A DNA stretch of 64,000 nt from Tubulanus polymorphus (lineage: Eukaryota > Animalia > Nemertea), in assembly GCF_964204645.1 (NCBI RefSeq), contig NC_134026.1, positions 8,393,950 to 8,457,949 on the forward strand, in the 5' to 3' direction. Shown piece by piece: positions 40,061 through 54,395 of this stretch. Within the stretch, counting starts at the first letter, position 1. The number at the start of each line of letters is the position of its first letter. The notes under the pieces were generated by a model that was not told where the DNA came from, made no database searches, and was given only the letters and a program-made list of their open reading frames with translations. A program made the position numbers and the translations under genes.

Positions 40061-40367
40061 AGGCAGGCGTAGGTCGGCCTTGAGACGGCTTGCGACTCAC
40101 TGCGACCGCAGCGACGATCGCGTCACAACGACTCACCGACCTACGCTACCTTGCGACTGCCAGCGACGGGTTGCGACTGCCAGCGACGCCAGTCGCAATG
40201 AGTCGCACATGTTCTGCGACGCGACCGTCGCAACCGGCCTGCGTGCTGTTGCGACTGGCAGCAACTAGTCGCACACAGTCGCTGACAACTATCGCACCGA
40301 CTTGCGCGGCCACCTGTGATGCAACGCGACGATCGCGTCGCGTCACAAGGCCGACCTACGCCCGGCT
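40061..40367. mobile_element. PIF/Harbinger (Tourist-like) MITE
   Basis: TTA|AGGCAGGCGTAGGTCGGCCTTGAGACG ... CGTCACAAGGCCGACCTACGCCCGGCT|TTA; 27-bp TIR with 3 mismatches, TTA TSD; GCGAC motifs on the left arm, GTCGC on the right. Confidence 0.88.
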
Positions 40368-41528
40368 TTAAACTTTTCTTTTAAGTATCCACAATGTAAC
40401 GTCATTTGTGTTATCTTATTTTTCGCTTCTGCATCCATAACGGAGGTGCGATTATTTCAATTTATTCTATTTATTTTATCTAGTAAGATGTATATTCAGT
40501 ATATATTCCTCCAGTAGGCCTACAGATAGTGGAATTAGGACCTCTTTCGCGCTAATATCCACACCATCTTTGTATACGGTTATCATCTTTGTACTTATAA
40601 TTATGTACTTGTCATATAAAAAAGTTTTCTTTGAACAATTCAGTTGCTATATATTCGAAATGGTAATGTGCGCGAAAAAACGAGCACGAAAATCTACTGA
40701 AAATAATCGGCAAACGGCGACATCTTTTTTCTACGACGATTCATAACAACGCCTAAGAATAATAGAATACTTATGTAGTTTACTTAACCAGCGTCGATAA
40801 AAAAAGTATCGCTAACGCGCAAATTACTTAGCGCTTGGATAAGGATTAACGCTCGAAGCGTTTGAATGCGCTGAACAGTACCGTTGTTGAATCTGGAATA
40901 CAATAGATATGAGACACGAGCAAGCCCGCCGGCGACAATGGATTTTAATTGAAATCATAACGCAAATAACAGAGAAGAACTTATGATAATCCGATGCTTT
41001 TAGAGCTTCTCTCTCCATCTAGTCCGTACTACCTACGTGTAAGGCTAATATTGTTCCGACGATTTTAAGATAATAAGTAATTGTTTGTCGAGATATTTCT
41101 GCGAGCTTTTAACGCGATCGCGCTGTAATGTGGTTCAGTTTGATCAAGGGGGTAATACGAGTCTAAGCAATATGGAAGAACTATTAACTCGCTCGACAGT
41201 TTGTTCAGACAGCTCGCCAAGTTATTTCCGAGTACTCAGCCATTCATTTATGAAACAGACAACAGAATTTCGATTCTGAATTCAACAATTCCTATTTTCC
41301 AAGTAACCAACGATGAAAATTACCCGGCGATAAATTCAAGAAGCAATTGAAAAAAGCTGATATTCCGAACAAGAATTGATTAGCATGAATATCTACGTGG
41401 GAGTTGGCTGACACAATTTCACGAGCAAAATAGGTTTCAACTTCTTTACCTGATGATGAAGCTACTATGCATGATGTGTTTTTTCAAATAAACTAGTTAA
41501 CCTATGAAATTCGCTCTTTATGTTTTAA

Positions 41529-41864
41529 CCCATTCAGAGCTAATTAGCAGGAGATAATTTGAAAATATTTAAAGAATCCACCCCGGTGTGTTCAATCACT
41601 GGCATACTGTTATAGTGCGTCTACACCGTGGTGCGGTGTATAATTAGCTATACTATAGTCTCACTCGCATTTCAAACTCACTAATATTTCACTGTTTGAC
41701 AGGTGCTGCCATATTTCAATAGAGATAAAACCTAATCACTGATAACATCCATACACCGCACTGATAACATCGATACGCCGCACTGATAAGCCGCACTGAT
41801 GACATCGATACACCGCACTGATTACATCGATACACCGCACTGCGGTGTAGACGCACTGAAAGGG
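41529..41864. mobile_element. Second copy of the piggyBac-like MITE
   Basis: TTAA|CCCATTCAGAGC ... GCACTGAAAGGG|TTAA; ggagataatttgaaaat and gacaggtgctgccat shared with 1666-2177. Confidence 0.88.
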
Positions 41865-43954
41865 TTAATGATACGAGTAAATAAGCATAGCAAATATATT
41901 CAAAATCATGAATTCGAAGTTTCAACTATTGTAAGAGTAGAGGAACTGCTGTAAACACAAGCATATTAGAGCCAGTACAAATTTGTACATCAAACATAAG
42001 CACTCTTTTTGGGTGAGCCACCAACAGACACCGCGATGCACCGAAAGATATAAATCTAAGGATCTTCATAAGGCGTACGGCGGTCTCATCTCTGTTCCCG
42101 CATAGACGCGGAGAACCTTTACCGACGATATTCGAACACGCTTGATCTCGATTGCAATCATCGAAGCATCACAAGCCCTCGATTCACGGCGGACTGCGCA
42201 TTTCTCGTCGGGAAAATCGCGTCTTTTCTGGCTCATCAGGCAAAGCCTCGTAATGAGTTGGTACCGCGCGTCGCCATCATTGCCGATGTAATTAATCACG
42301 CTAAATACTTAACTGGTCGGGAACGGATAATAAGCGCCATCGAGGAGCAGATCATGCTGAAATAAATGCTTGTCGCACTTTATTTCGGCATGTGAAGAGC
42401 AGCTAGCCTACGAGACCACGGGTAGACCGAACAGTCGTTAGTCATCAATATCGTACTGGAAAAGACTTTACTACTACTATATCCGACTGTTGAGTGGGTG
42501 CAGGAGCAGCCAGACTACGATACCGAGTTCAACATATACCGACTAGAGATATTGAGTTGAATATCCCGAGTGGGGATGCCGATAATACCCGAGTTCGGAA
42601 TAAGTAGCCATCGACATTTAGGACTAAAAGCTGCGCCGTCGATTACGGTTCCGGCCATTTTCGATCTCGCATCGGTAGAAATTATTTTCCAATCCGCAGA
42701 CCCGCGTACCTGATATCTTTAATTATAGTAGTCTGGACCAAAATTGTGAGTGATCTCATATCGAAAATGGTAGTTTAATTGAGAATGAACTAGATATCAA
42801 TCTGATTTTTACTAGTACTACTGATACTTTATGGGAGTACCTAGTTGAGGTTCTTAAAAAGGTAGAATCTAACCACAAATAGTAGTCGTACCAGAGTCCG
42901 ACTAGAAGGGTATCTGAAAGGCGTATGACACTTCTTCAAACTATGAAGTAGCATTGAGTTTTGAAAATATGTTTCCCATACTTTCCTTATGATAAATCAA
43001 ACAAATTCAAACTTCTTTTTCTAAATTCCAGATAGTAAACACTGACGTGGATGTTCGCGTCCTTATTACAAATAGTAGTCTCTAAGGATGTGTTTTCTCT
43101 GGGTTAAACGAGATGAAAATCTTGTTCAACAAGCAGCTAGCAGAAAGTGCAATTTTTCAAAACGTGAACAACAACGTAACTATTCCTACGCGACGTAAAA
43201 AGTCCGGCGTATCAGGCCAGGAATAGAATCGCCCGCAAATAGATCGAACCGTCAGTATTTCAGGAATGAATGAATGAATTCACTGTTGGTTTTTTTTCAC
43301 CTTGTTTTCCGCCGGAGTCTCTACTGAATTTACTATTACAGCTATGTTGTTGCTGTTGCTGCTACTACGCTTGCCCGGTTTATGATTTATGATAATCAAG
43401 CTATATCAGACGCGCACGGCCGTAAAACGTTGAATAAATATTATCAAATACATAGTCGATTGCGTTATAACAACTCGTGACAGCGTATAGCAACAATCTG
43501 GCAGAATTATGAATTATAGCCGTTACTGTCCACGGAAAAATGTGTAACAATGTTATGAAATATAATGGGGGAAAATGTTGTAATCACTAGCCATCTCACT
43601 AGATGGAGCGACTAATGATCTACATCCAATAATTAGTACGTTGTAAATAATGTATAATATGTATATATATCATTAATACAAGTTTATATTAACTGTCGAA
43701 TGTAAATATTGAATATTTTATAGTCGCCCTCCATGTACCATAGAAATGGTTGGAGTGTAAATAAAATCCTAATCCTAATCAATGAATTTCATTTTCTTTT
43801 TGAATGTACAAGAGCTTCCCCAACACCTTCTTATGAAAATAGACCTAACACTGTTAATATGTCACAATTAATGGTGTAAATAACAATATCCTAACTAAAC
43901 TCGCTAGATTTGTAAATGTTGGCCTCTCGAGTTACGTCAGTAAATTACATTAAT

Positions 43955-43989
<35 letters not shown>

Positions 43990-44711
43990 ATCTCATCATT
44001 ATTCTATTCTATGCCTATTTTTTTGTTTTTCTTTTTTTTTAAGTTTGAAAATTATGAATTTCTATTGCATTAATTTCTTGTAACCTCTATTTTACGAATG
44101 TTTGGTTAGAGAGAAATAAACTATTCTATTCTATTCTAATCTAATCTATCACAATATTATCGTACAGACCACCAAAAATATCCGATGGCCTTTCCATCTC
44201 TGCATTGGGCATCGTTTTCCTAGAGGGGGAGTGATAGGTTCGATTTTAATTGATATGTAAAAGAAATACAGTGTCGGAAACTTGATTCTTAAGTCTGTTG
44301 AGGAAGTGTCATAACACGAGAACATAAAACAACAACGGCGTCGCTTCAACAATCGCGTTGTTTACCTTGCTCGGAAAATTAGTGATCACGATAGCGCCCC
44401 AAATCGCGATCAATCTTCATAAACGAGGTCTTAATACGAGATAGGCCTTGATTCTGACAAACGATCATCTGAAACTGCCCGCGTTACGAGCAATCTGGAC
44501 GGATGAAGCACTCGGTGGTGTGCGCGATGCACCGGACGATGGATGAATAAGAGATATCGGATTGGTCGGTCGCAGATGATTTCTTCTCATAAGGCCCCCT
44601 CCGATAAATTATACATCGACAAAAGAAAGATAACATATACCCATGTATGTTACCTGTACATTGTCTACATGTTATTAAGCGAAAAAATGTTAAATCTAGA
44701 GGTGCGTTCTG

Positions 44712-44820
44712 GGCTCAGTTCCACAGTTCCGAGTTAAGATTTAACTCTTGAGTTACCTCATCGAAAATGAACTAACTTTAACTCAGAGTTATCTCTAACT
44801 CACAACTCTGGAACTGGGTC
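44712..44820. mobile_element. Small palindromic MITE with CTG target duplication (Harbinger-like)
   Basis: CTG|GGCTCAGTTCCACAGTTCCGAGTTA ... TAACTCACAACTCTGGAACTGGGTC|CTG. Confidence 0.75.
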
Positions 44821-45044
44821 CTGATTATCTCAATGCTGCCAATCAGGGGCTTAAAAACTTGTTAGGTTTTCGAAAGGATGTACGGCAAAAGTGCCGCAAT
44901 GTCACGATTGTAATCGTTATTTTGAAACACCGATATTGATGACTAAGTGCACATCTTATAAGACAACCTCTTAAATAAATCATATTAGGTATCGATGTAT
45001 ACTGAACATTGTAACGGTTTTGACAGCGTCAAAAAAGCTTTGAA

Positions 45045-45388
45045 GACGACAGTGTTTTAGCAATGACTTGTTTATAGTCAGGTCGTTCAGCGTTTATGAA
45101 ATTGATTCATTCAAATTCAATATTATTGAAAATTGATCAAAATTCGAAAAAAATAACAGCGACTGCCTACAACGTCACAGCGCAGGGCTAAGTTTATGAG
45201 AAACACTTTCACTTTCAAAAACAACAGTGTTTGAACATTGCATCCTGACTTGTTTATAGTCAGGTCTTTCAATGTTTATGAAATTGATTCATTCGAATTG
45301 AATATTCTTGAAAATCGATCGAAATTCGAAAATAACTGCGACTGCCTACAACGTCACAGCGCCGGACTAATTTCATGAGAAACACTTT
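45045..45388. repeat. Tandem duplication, ~180-bp period
   Basis: tgacttgtttatagtcaggtc...gcgactgcctacaacgtcacagcgc...atgagaaacacttt at about 45064 and 45246. Confidence 0.9.
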
Positions 45389-47244
45389 GTCGGGTCTCGT
45401 TATTGTTCCCCCGAGGGCTTATAAATACTTCAAAGTCGTCTATACCCCTTACTAAAAATTACCGCCGTATAATTTTCGCTTTCAAAACACACACTATTTT
45501 CAGTGATTTAATAACATCAGTACGAATTCTAGGAATGCCCGGGAACAAGGTTCTTGATTACCGTAATGCTATAGAGAAATAAGAAGGCTGAAGATATACG
45601 CACATGTATATAGATGGAGGCTATGGGAGTGATGATTAAAGAAAGGTAACTATGTGTTCAGTCTTAGAGAGAGACGAGATGGAATAAACAATTTATAGCG
45701 TTAAATGCTCACCAGCCAGACAATAAATATCATCATCGAGTAGTAGATAGAGTAAGGCTTCGTATACCCCCGCCAGTACCACCAGGATCTCCCCTCTACT
45801 TCTTCTCCAGTATAGGCCAGACTCATTACCGCGATTAATAATACAGGTGCATAACATCAAACCCGGAAATATAAACAGACAGCTATGAAGTAGTAAATAA
45901 GTGTCGAATAGATACAGGTGTATACACTCGGCGCGCCGCTCGCGCTGCATAGTACTTCAGCTGAGGCGAAGACGATGTGCAAGAACGATGTGGATGTGGA
46001 AGAACGTCAACTATGCAGCCCTATAAAAACGCGATATTATACATCAACACACACACAAGTCGGCTAATGCCCTTTGCAACCTTTCTCCATCCGTCTGGGA
46101 TACGAGCACGCGGTGTAGGCATCTATATACCTGTGCACACAAACGTTTCTCAGAAATGTCTCAACGATAATGATAACAAACAGTAAGTTTAAGTGCAAAC
46201 TCTTCTTATTCAAGGTAGCGGGTTCCGATTTGAGCCAGGCCCTCCAATATAATTCCTAACCTGCTTCGCTATTTAACAAGTCGGCTAATTTAATTTTTAG
46301 CCCCTAATGAGACGAGTATACTTTTTTATGTAGGAAATTTCCGGCTTTTGATTTGAACATCAGCGGGATGCCACCAGGCCTACATACATATATTTCCTAA
46401 CACTATGCCATAAAACAGGTCAGGATGTTATAGAATGAATTAATAAATTTCATTTCTCAATAAACATTATACGCATGAATTCAATATAGAACATTAACAA
46501 AATGTTATCCATTGAGAGGACAACCCCAGAGTATAGAAACTGCACCAAATGATTGGGGGTGACCCGAAAAGAAAAGGTCACATTCTTTATAGTCTTTTGC
46601 TTTTATAGTCTACGGTTTACTTATTTTAAGTGCTTTCTGATTTTTGACAATGGGGCTCCACATGTTTATCGAAAGACTAGTACTAGAAAACCGCAGCGAT
46701 TGAAGGGAATGCATGTGTGTACGTTTTCATACTGCAAAGAGCCGTACGGAAAAAAAAGTATAAACGTAAATCGTTTTAATCTCGACGATCAACCATCAGT
46801 CAGCGATGTTGTCGTAAAAATTCGAATAACTCCAGCGATTAAACTGACAACTGACACTCGCGTACTTAAATCGCGCTCTTTGTAACGAATACTTCGAATA
46901 TCGAGTGGAACGTCTGCGAATAAAATTAAACATTAAGACGTCAGTCAGACGGAAAATAAAAAAAACAAAAACCCGTACTCGTTTATCGGGCGCCGAAATA
47001 TAGAGAAGTCATTCGATCTCGGGATAATTCGGTGACGAACTATCGATAGTAGATCATAGCTTCGAGCTGAACAACATTAGTACGTCATACGTGCGAGCGT
47101 AAGCTAATCGATTTCGACGAAAATATAGCCACGTTTTCATCAATTTTAATGGCAAAAACATCAATCTAAATAAATTCCGAACGTTATCAAATTGTGGCGC
47201 GCTTAGCAGCTTGCGAAGATGACATTTTAGCGTTGATTCTAATA

Positions 47245-47491
47245 TGGGGCTGCCACTTTCCACCAACTAACAAATTCCCTGATTTTTCCCTGTGATTACA
47301 CAAGATTCCCCGAACGAATCTGAGAAATTTTGTGGTTTAAAATGTTATGATTTATTCATTTTTTCATGAGTCACATATTGAAAAAAATGCCTGGTAAATG
47401 ACGTATCCAAATACCCTAATTTACCAGGTTTTTTGCAAATTTGTCAAAATCCCTCAGTTTTCGTTGAGTTTTCCAGGTAAGTGGCCACCTT
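47245..47491. mobile_element. Degenerate hAT-like MITE (CAGGGTGGCCAC-type ends)
   Basis: ggggctgccact ... agtggccaccttg with internal ttccctga motifs; no TSD seen. Confidence 0.5.
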
Positions 47492-49389
47492 GTAATTTGA
47501 ATCGTTCACGCCCGAAGGAGGAAATTAAGATTATCATGAACCCGTCGACCAACATTCAATCGCGCAGATTTGGATGCTTTGCAGATTCTCGGCTGCTTTG
47601 ATTTCCATTAATAGCCTATCGGAAAAACGTCTCTCTCCCTCTCTCACTCCCTCTACGTGTGCGAGATTACGATAAATCATCATATCTCAGCAGGTTTCGT
47701 CATATCGAGCTTACTACGACCAGGGGCTGGGGCGAGCGCGCCGTCGATTTTCGTCTTAGTCGTCGTAATTCCATCGTATTCGCGCGCGTAACAAACGCCA
47801 GGATCGCAGCGGCGCGCCCCGCCGTGATTATTCATTAATTATGAGGTGATTATCAGCAAAGTTCATTCGGCATCGATGGCACTGAATATTACACGGCGGT
47901 ATCTAATGCAACACGACCACAACAGTAGCTAGAGACACACACACACACGCAACAGCGCTACATTATCATCATCACCCGTTCATCTAATAAAACGCATCAT
48001 TCAATTAAATCCGATTGCGCGAACGCGACACCCCGGAACAGTATGCTTATTCATTATTCAGCCGAACTATCAGCCAGTTATGATTACATATTAAAAAAGG
48101 TCGGTGAATCGCGCGCCGAATTGCATAAACAACAGACCGAAACGCATCGTAACTACGCAGCCTTCATTCGAATCGGCAAAAAAGTATCACCGTCAGGCGC
48201 GGGCGTAATTTGCGTCCGAATTAGCGTTTCAGTAGATGGCGTACTTGACGCGGGTACGGGCCTGAATCTCGATGGCCTCTGCTCAACTTTCGCAGTCGAG
48301 TGGATAAAACACTCGCGCGTTCGGCACGGTGTCTTTCTCTCTCATAGAATAATCATTTCGGAAACGCTCTCGAAAAACGTAATTTGCGCGCCGCCGATAC
48401 AATCAACGACGACGACGAGCGCTGCCTGATCCTTCATCACACACAGTCGGTCCTGCTTTATGCGTAACTATGCCAATTATACGCCCGTTGCCGAAACGGC
48501 GAACGCCGACAACGATTTCATCTCATAGCTCACGACTATACGAAGAATACGTGCGCCATTGTAATGTATATGTATATACCTCGTAGAACAATTAGAAACG
48601 AAAATCCAGACTCGTATGAATTGTACATGTTTATAGATATCATGGTGGCGACAGGTTCGAGAATAAGAAGTTCCGAAGTTTTTCCCAATTAGTATCTCAT
48701 GGGCGATTTTTTCGAATTTCCCCAAATGACCTTCGTAAATATGGACAGATACCATCATACTAAGGGCAACATTCGTGACTGGTTGATAAAGATGATTTCA
48801 AGGGAGTGTGTGTGTGGGTGAATGGTTGTGTGTCATGTGGTCCCGAAGAAAAACAACAACAAACTTTGATTATTTTTTCATTAGTGATCGTATACGATTT
48901 CAGGGTGTGGCCGCCGGCGGCGACATCAAAATAAGTTTAAAATTCGTTTAGAATTTGAAAAGCGGCGATGGCGGCATCAAGCGTAACCTATTCCGAATGA
49001 GCATAGCGGTCTTGAAACGGGTCAAAAGGCACTCGCAATCGACAGCTGACAGGCCAATAAAGCGCGCCATCGCTGGTGATATACACGTAGAAAATGAAAT
49101 TGAATTTCTGCCATGTCGGTTCTAATGATGTATTCAGCTCTTCGGCGGAGTTTGATTTCGAAATCAATTGAATAAAATAAATTGCAACTCGAGTCTGTTG
49201 AAAGCGTTGCCTCAAGTTGGCATAATTAGCCAGTACGGTTCGGTAGCTGCCATCAGATGACGACGGCCTTAGCGTGTTACTGTAGAACCACTGCTATTAG
49301 CATGAATGCAAGCCATAAGCGACAACAGGCTCAGACTCGAAATCCAAAATTCCCATGCGTTAGTACCAATTGCATTTTGGATATGTTGC

Positions 49390-49696
49390 ATCTAGGGTCA
49401 TAAGCTAACTTTTGTGGAGACAACTTTTTAATTTCGATCCCATTCTTCAGGTACGAGGTCATCTTCAAGGTCATGTAACTGAGTCAAGAGTTTTTAGTGC
49501 CTAATTCTGCCACTAAGTGGTGCACCGAGCCCATTCATTGCGCTGCACAACTAGAACCCCGTACTAACATTGTGCCCAGGTTTCATCAAGATCAACCCAC
49601 TATTAACGAAGCTATTAGTCGGTGAAAGAGAGACATAAGGGCAGACACAGACAGACAATACGAGAATAAGGGTCTCACCGAGGCCCGAGAACCAAT
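49390..49696. mobile_element. Helentron-associated non-autonomous element (HINE/DINE-1-like) remnant
   Basis: caaggtca and tttcatcaagatc core, (CAGA)n microsatellite, then terminal stem-loop ggtctc-N10-gagaacc followed by aat; architecture typical of HINEs. Confidence 0.55.
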
Positions 49697-50310
49697 TACG
49701 CTCTAACCTGGGGCTGTCGCGAACATTTTGTTCGTTTCGATGGGCAGAACTGCCGGGCGCCATATCTCGAGATCGTTAGAAATGAATATCTGAATTGTTT
49801 ACACCCGACCGAGGGAAACGTTGAACACGCAATCGAGATGAAATTTGGTTCCTCAGATCGCGTCGTATTTGCTGCTGAAACACGGCGATAATTGCATTTC
49901 CGAATTCTCGCCTAAAGATAAAAGTTTTTGTTTAAACTTGCGTGCGTTCATTTGAAAACCGCACCGGAAAATTATCAGATATCCATATAAATTCACAGCT
50001 TTGGAGTCAGGCAAATTGGCCGAAGTTAACGAATATCCGATGGCCGCGAGGCCAGTAGCGGTGCCTGGGAACGACGTGAAGACACCATATGGAAGAATAT
50101 TCCGTCTAAAGTACAGCGCGGCTACCAGGTATGCATAAAAGTAACCGTAACTGTTCCCGTAAGACGTCGAAGCTCGGCGAAAGGTCAGAAAATGCCATCC
50201 ACCTGCAGACAGAAGGTTCGAAAACCTTCGGGTCAGAATCTGCTGAAGAACATAATGGGTTTTATATATGGGGCAAAGAGCATTTCTCTAGTGTGTGTCT
50301 CTATACGGTG

Positions 50311-50844
50311 TCTCTCCCTCTCTCCCTCTCTCCCTCTCTCCCTCTCTCCCTCTCTCCCTCTCTCCCTCTCTCCCTCTCTCCCTCTCTCCCTCTCTCCCTC
50401 TCTCCCTCTCTCCCTCTCTCCCTCTCTCCCTCTCTCCCTCTCTCCCTCTCTCCCTCTCTCCCTCTCTCCCTCTCTCCCTCTCTCCCTCTCTCCCTCTCTC
50501 CCTCTCTCCCTCTCTCCCTCTCTCTCCCCTCTCTCCCTCTCTCCCTCTCTCCCTCTCTCCCTCTCTCCCTCTCTCCCCTCTCTCCCTCTCTCCCTCTCTC
50601 CCTCTCTCCCTCTCTCCCTCTCTCCCCTCTCTCCCTCTCTCCCTCTCTCCCTCTCTCCTCTCTCTCCCTCTCTCCCTCTCTCCCTCTCTCCCTCTCTCCC
50701 TCTCTCCCTCTCTCCCTCTCTCCCTCTCTCCCTCTCTCCCTCTCTCCCTCTCTCCCTCTCTCCCTCTCTCCCTCTCTCCCTCTCTCCTCTCTCCCTCTCT
50801 CCCTCTCTCTCCCTCTCTCCCTCTCTCCCTCTCTCCCTCTCTCC

Positions 50845-50891
<47 letters not shown>
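50311..50891. repeat. (TCTCTCCC)n octamer array ending in (CT)n
   Basis: About 580 bp of pure pyrimidine; explains the SLPLS/GRERE ORFs. Confidence 0.97.
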
Positions 50892-50896
<5 letters not shown>

Positions 50897-51245
50897 TTCG
50901 AAGTGAAAAGAACAATGCGGCATTAGCGCATATCTCGCAATTGCGTGTTAATAATTCAGGAGCTGTTTTCACCGAAGACTTCATCAGAATTCATCGTGCC
51001 GATAGCTTACATGATTTGATTTTTTGTTGGTCTCTCGAAATGTAAAGCGCGACGAAAAATGCGACAGGGGCAGAGAAAATATGACAACCGTCGATCAGCT
51101 CGCTGAAATGGGCAGGATCATTTTTTTTTAAAAAAGATACTGAACGAGCTTTTACAACTGGTTTTATGCATATGAAATCGAGTGGAGCAACGAAGTACAA
51201 GTTGAACATTCGAATCAAGCGTCCATGCTAGGATCTCACCATATA

Positions 51246-51473
51246 CAGGGGCAGATCCTGGGGGACTAGGGAGACTTGTACAAGTCCATCAAATGTTTTT
51301 GAGTGCCCTCTTCTATTTTGTCAACAAAGATAACGTGCATTTCAATGAGGTAGTTCCCCAGTACATTTTGCCTTTGTGGACATCGAAGTGCCCTTTTCGC
51401 CCCTCAGTGCAGGAATACACCTTTTTTGGACATCCAAGTGCCTGTTTGCGATGTAGCTCCGGATCCACCCTTG
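51246..51473 (+). mobile_element. MITE family A, copy 3
   Basis: CAGGGGCAGATCCTG ... CCGGATCCACCCTTG with shared internal sequence. Confidence 0.75.
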
Positions 51474-52834
51474 ATTTGGACGGAGGAACTCATTTCAGCT
51501 CATTTCTGCCTGCTCCTTTAACTCAATCGCAGGCGGGTATAAATAATCCACTTGCGTCAATGAGCCAACTCGAACTTGGCTACAACAAGCAACAATCTCC
51601 GGCGATAAATTAGAAATGCGCTCGTACCCGACCGAGATATCTGCTCATCTCTGACACGGGCGATTTATTACCACGAAATCAGAACAATGAAATGAACGAA
51701 CGAACGGTGGAGTATTAGCAATCCCATTCCGCCGCTGCCGCTGCCGCTGCTGGTTTTACTACGAAGGCAATTTACAACACGTCGAATTCAATATATTCCT
51801 ATTTTCGCAAGTCGCGGTGATCAATTTCTGCGCCCGCGCTCGAAAGGGATTCTCTATGTGCTGTGCGCCGGCGCAGGCCAGCAAATTCTATATCGGAAAC
51901 AAGATTGATGATGTCCTCATCGTCGTTGCTGTTGTCTAGCCGCCGATGTTTTCAAATCAGATTTTCCGGGTTTGTTTTTTTTTTTGCATCTACGCATCTC
52001 GTTGTTGTTGAGAAAACACGAAACGCCGGACGATTGAGCGGTCGAGAAAAAAACGTAAGCGAGGAATGCTTGGCTCGAAATTGTAGCGAATGGCGTTTTG
52101 CCAATTCGCGCGATTGATTCTGATTCATCGCGCCTTTCTCGAAGAAAGCGAGATGATAAAGAGTCGAACAGGCGCTGTGCGAGATGCTGTACACGTCCAA
52201 CGACGTACGGAATCGTTTCGATGAATGAACGATTATTTTTTCTTTCAAACAAGGGTATTCATCTCTATCCGTACTTCGCTGCATACACGTACGGGCATCA
52301 GCGATCGCAAGGCTGTCAAACGTTGAACGAAGCCATCAGCAACGAATTCAAATTTTTTTCAGTAACATTTCATTGGAATACGAAAGAAGATGTTGAAATC
52401 AATCGGTAATCAACAGCAAGACCTTCGGTAACATCTTTCATATTTCTGTACGCATCAAACAAATATGAAATCAGTATTTCTCGCTATAACATGGTAACAA
52501 AAACTGAAAATCAGGAACAGTTGGCGGCTCTGCGATTGTTACCGTAACGCAAGCGGCCGACGAAGGCCACAGAAAACGTAATGCAATTTTCATATCGTCC
52601 ACTGGTGCATCTATAATCAGTATCCCAAACATCGCTTCAATAACATCCTGATTAATCAACTATTCAATTAGTTCTCGATATACTCGATTAATCTTTCCTT
52701 CGCATCTTCCGAAGGCAGCCGTCCCAGCGAGACAGCAAGATACAATAGCCAATGCCTGCCTCCGCGGTATACGGCCGGGATACACGAGCCAGATTGACGT
52801 GTCCACGATCGAGATGAAGAATGAAGAACCGATG

Positions 52835-53022
52835 CAAAATGAGTCACTTCCGGAACCTAAACAAGCAATAATTTGACCAATGCTAAAATATCGCTCGGGC
52901 CTTGACTTACGTTTTTAGTTGAGCCAAACAGGCACAGGCCAGTTTAGCACTCGTGTGAACTGTTGGTCCAGGCCTGATTTGGCATTTAGGTTGTGGCCAA
53001 AAACGCTTGCGCGATCAAGGCT
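52835..53022 (+). mobile_element. Family B fragment
   Basis: aaatgagtcacttccggaacc ... gagccaaacagg ... gcgatcaaggct. Confidence 0.55.
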
Positions 53023-53914
53023 TGGCGCGATGTACAAAAAATGTGCGCGAATTTGAAATTGCCGTTTTTATCCCGACCAGGTTTATCAATGAACGCGCAG
53101 ACGCCGGGAGATTTCATTGATATTAAAGTATCGGGCGCGAAACCATGCGTGAAGACGTTTTACAGCTTCCACGACACAAAGTGGTCTACGTAGAGCACAC
53201 AGTCGATCAGCCAGAATTGACGCGAAGCCCCGGCGGATTTCGGAGCGGAGAAAAGCCGCTGTGCTCGTTCGAGCGAAATTACGTTCCGACACGCGACCTT
53301 GACCTTCACGTCTTGACGGGCCCGGCGTGTGTACGTAAGCGGCTCGCAAAAAAAAAAACGACGACAGCTACCAATTTACTTTTAAATCTCGTGCGTGCCG
53401 GCCTAGCGCGAGCACTTATCTGGTTGCTGCAACGTCGATAATTGATACTATTTTCTCATATTCGGGAAAATATCATTACGCAACGAGAATTGCTCGTTAA
53501 TAGAGCTGGTGTTTCTTTCGATCGGCGACACGAGACTCGTAGAGGCAGTCATTGCCCGTACGACAATCATTCAAGTAATGAATACCGACGACGTAAAAAA
53601 AAAAACGGCCTCATCGTCGGATACACGATACGAGGTTCAGCGGCGAACGCACGGAGCCCGGGTCAAACGGGCCTGCACCAGGTCTGTGCTCGGGTCAAAC
53701 TGGCCTGCCCCAGGTCCGCATCTTATTTGGACAGTGACTAACTAATAAGGCAGCATATTCGTACGTTAATCACTCACACCTGATGATGGCTATTGCGCGA
53801 AATATACACCCATTTATATTCAAGAACTTGCTTCCTCTTGCTGAAATTATCGTCGGATTTCTTACATAAATCACTCGCTCGTGACTGAAATGTTATCCAA
53901 ACAAAATGCTATGG

Positions 53915-53927
53915 TAATAATAATAAC

Positions 53928-53965
<38 letters not shown>

Positions 53966-53984
53966 CAATAATATTAATAATAAT
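53915..53984. repeat. (TAA)n microsatellite
   Basis: Direct inspection. Confidence 0.9.
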
Positions 53985-54179
53985 GATGAACTGTGACCAT
54001 TTGTAAAGCGTCTATTTCGCTATGACCAATGTTCACCGTACAAGGGCTGAGTTGTTACAGGCTCTAGGATAATATGGTAAGCCAGGTGGTTCACTTCCAG
54101 AACCAGTTAGCTTTCACGCGGAATAAAATGACCCGCGCTAAAATTCGCTACAGGCCTGATCTGACATCTTTGGTCCAGC

Positions 54180-54395
54180 CAATTTTGATCAAAAACGCTA
54201 GTGCCATTATAGCCTTGCTGGCACTTCAAAGACACTGCTTTCGATAATACGTTTGAAGACGGTTCAAGATGGAGGAAGAAAGCCTTACAAAGTTTGCATT
54301 GATTAAATGGCTCCCCGTATTTCAAAGGCCCGTTTGAATTCAAAGATTTTGGCTGGCCTTTCTTGAAACAATCACCAGACACTGGGAACCATAAA
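54180..54395 (-). pseudogene. Possible highly degraded LINE (CR1/L2-like) ORF2 fragment
   Basis: Broken frames give VSRKASQNL* and LCKAFFLHLEPSS, resembling LINE KASQRL...LYKAFILPHLEYCS; stops and frameshifts present. Confidence 0.3.

Noticed and set aside
50131-51045. Long 200-300 aa ORFs (SLPLS / GRERE)
   Set aside because: Translation of an octamer simple repeat, open in nearly all frames.
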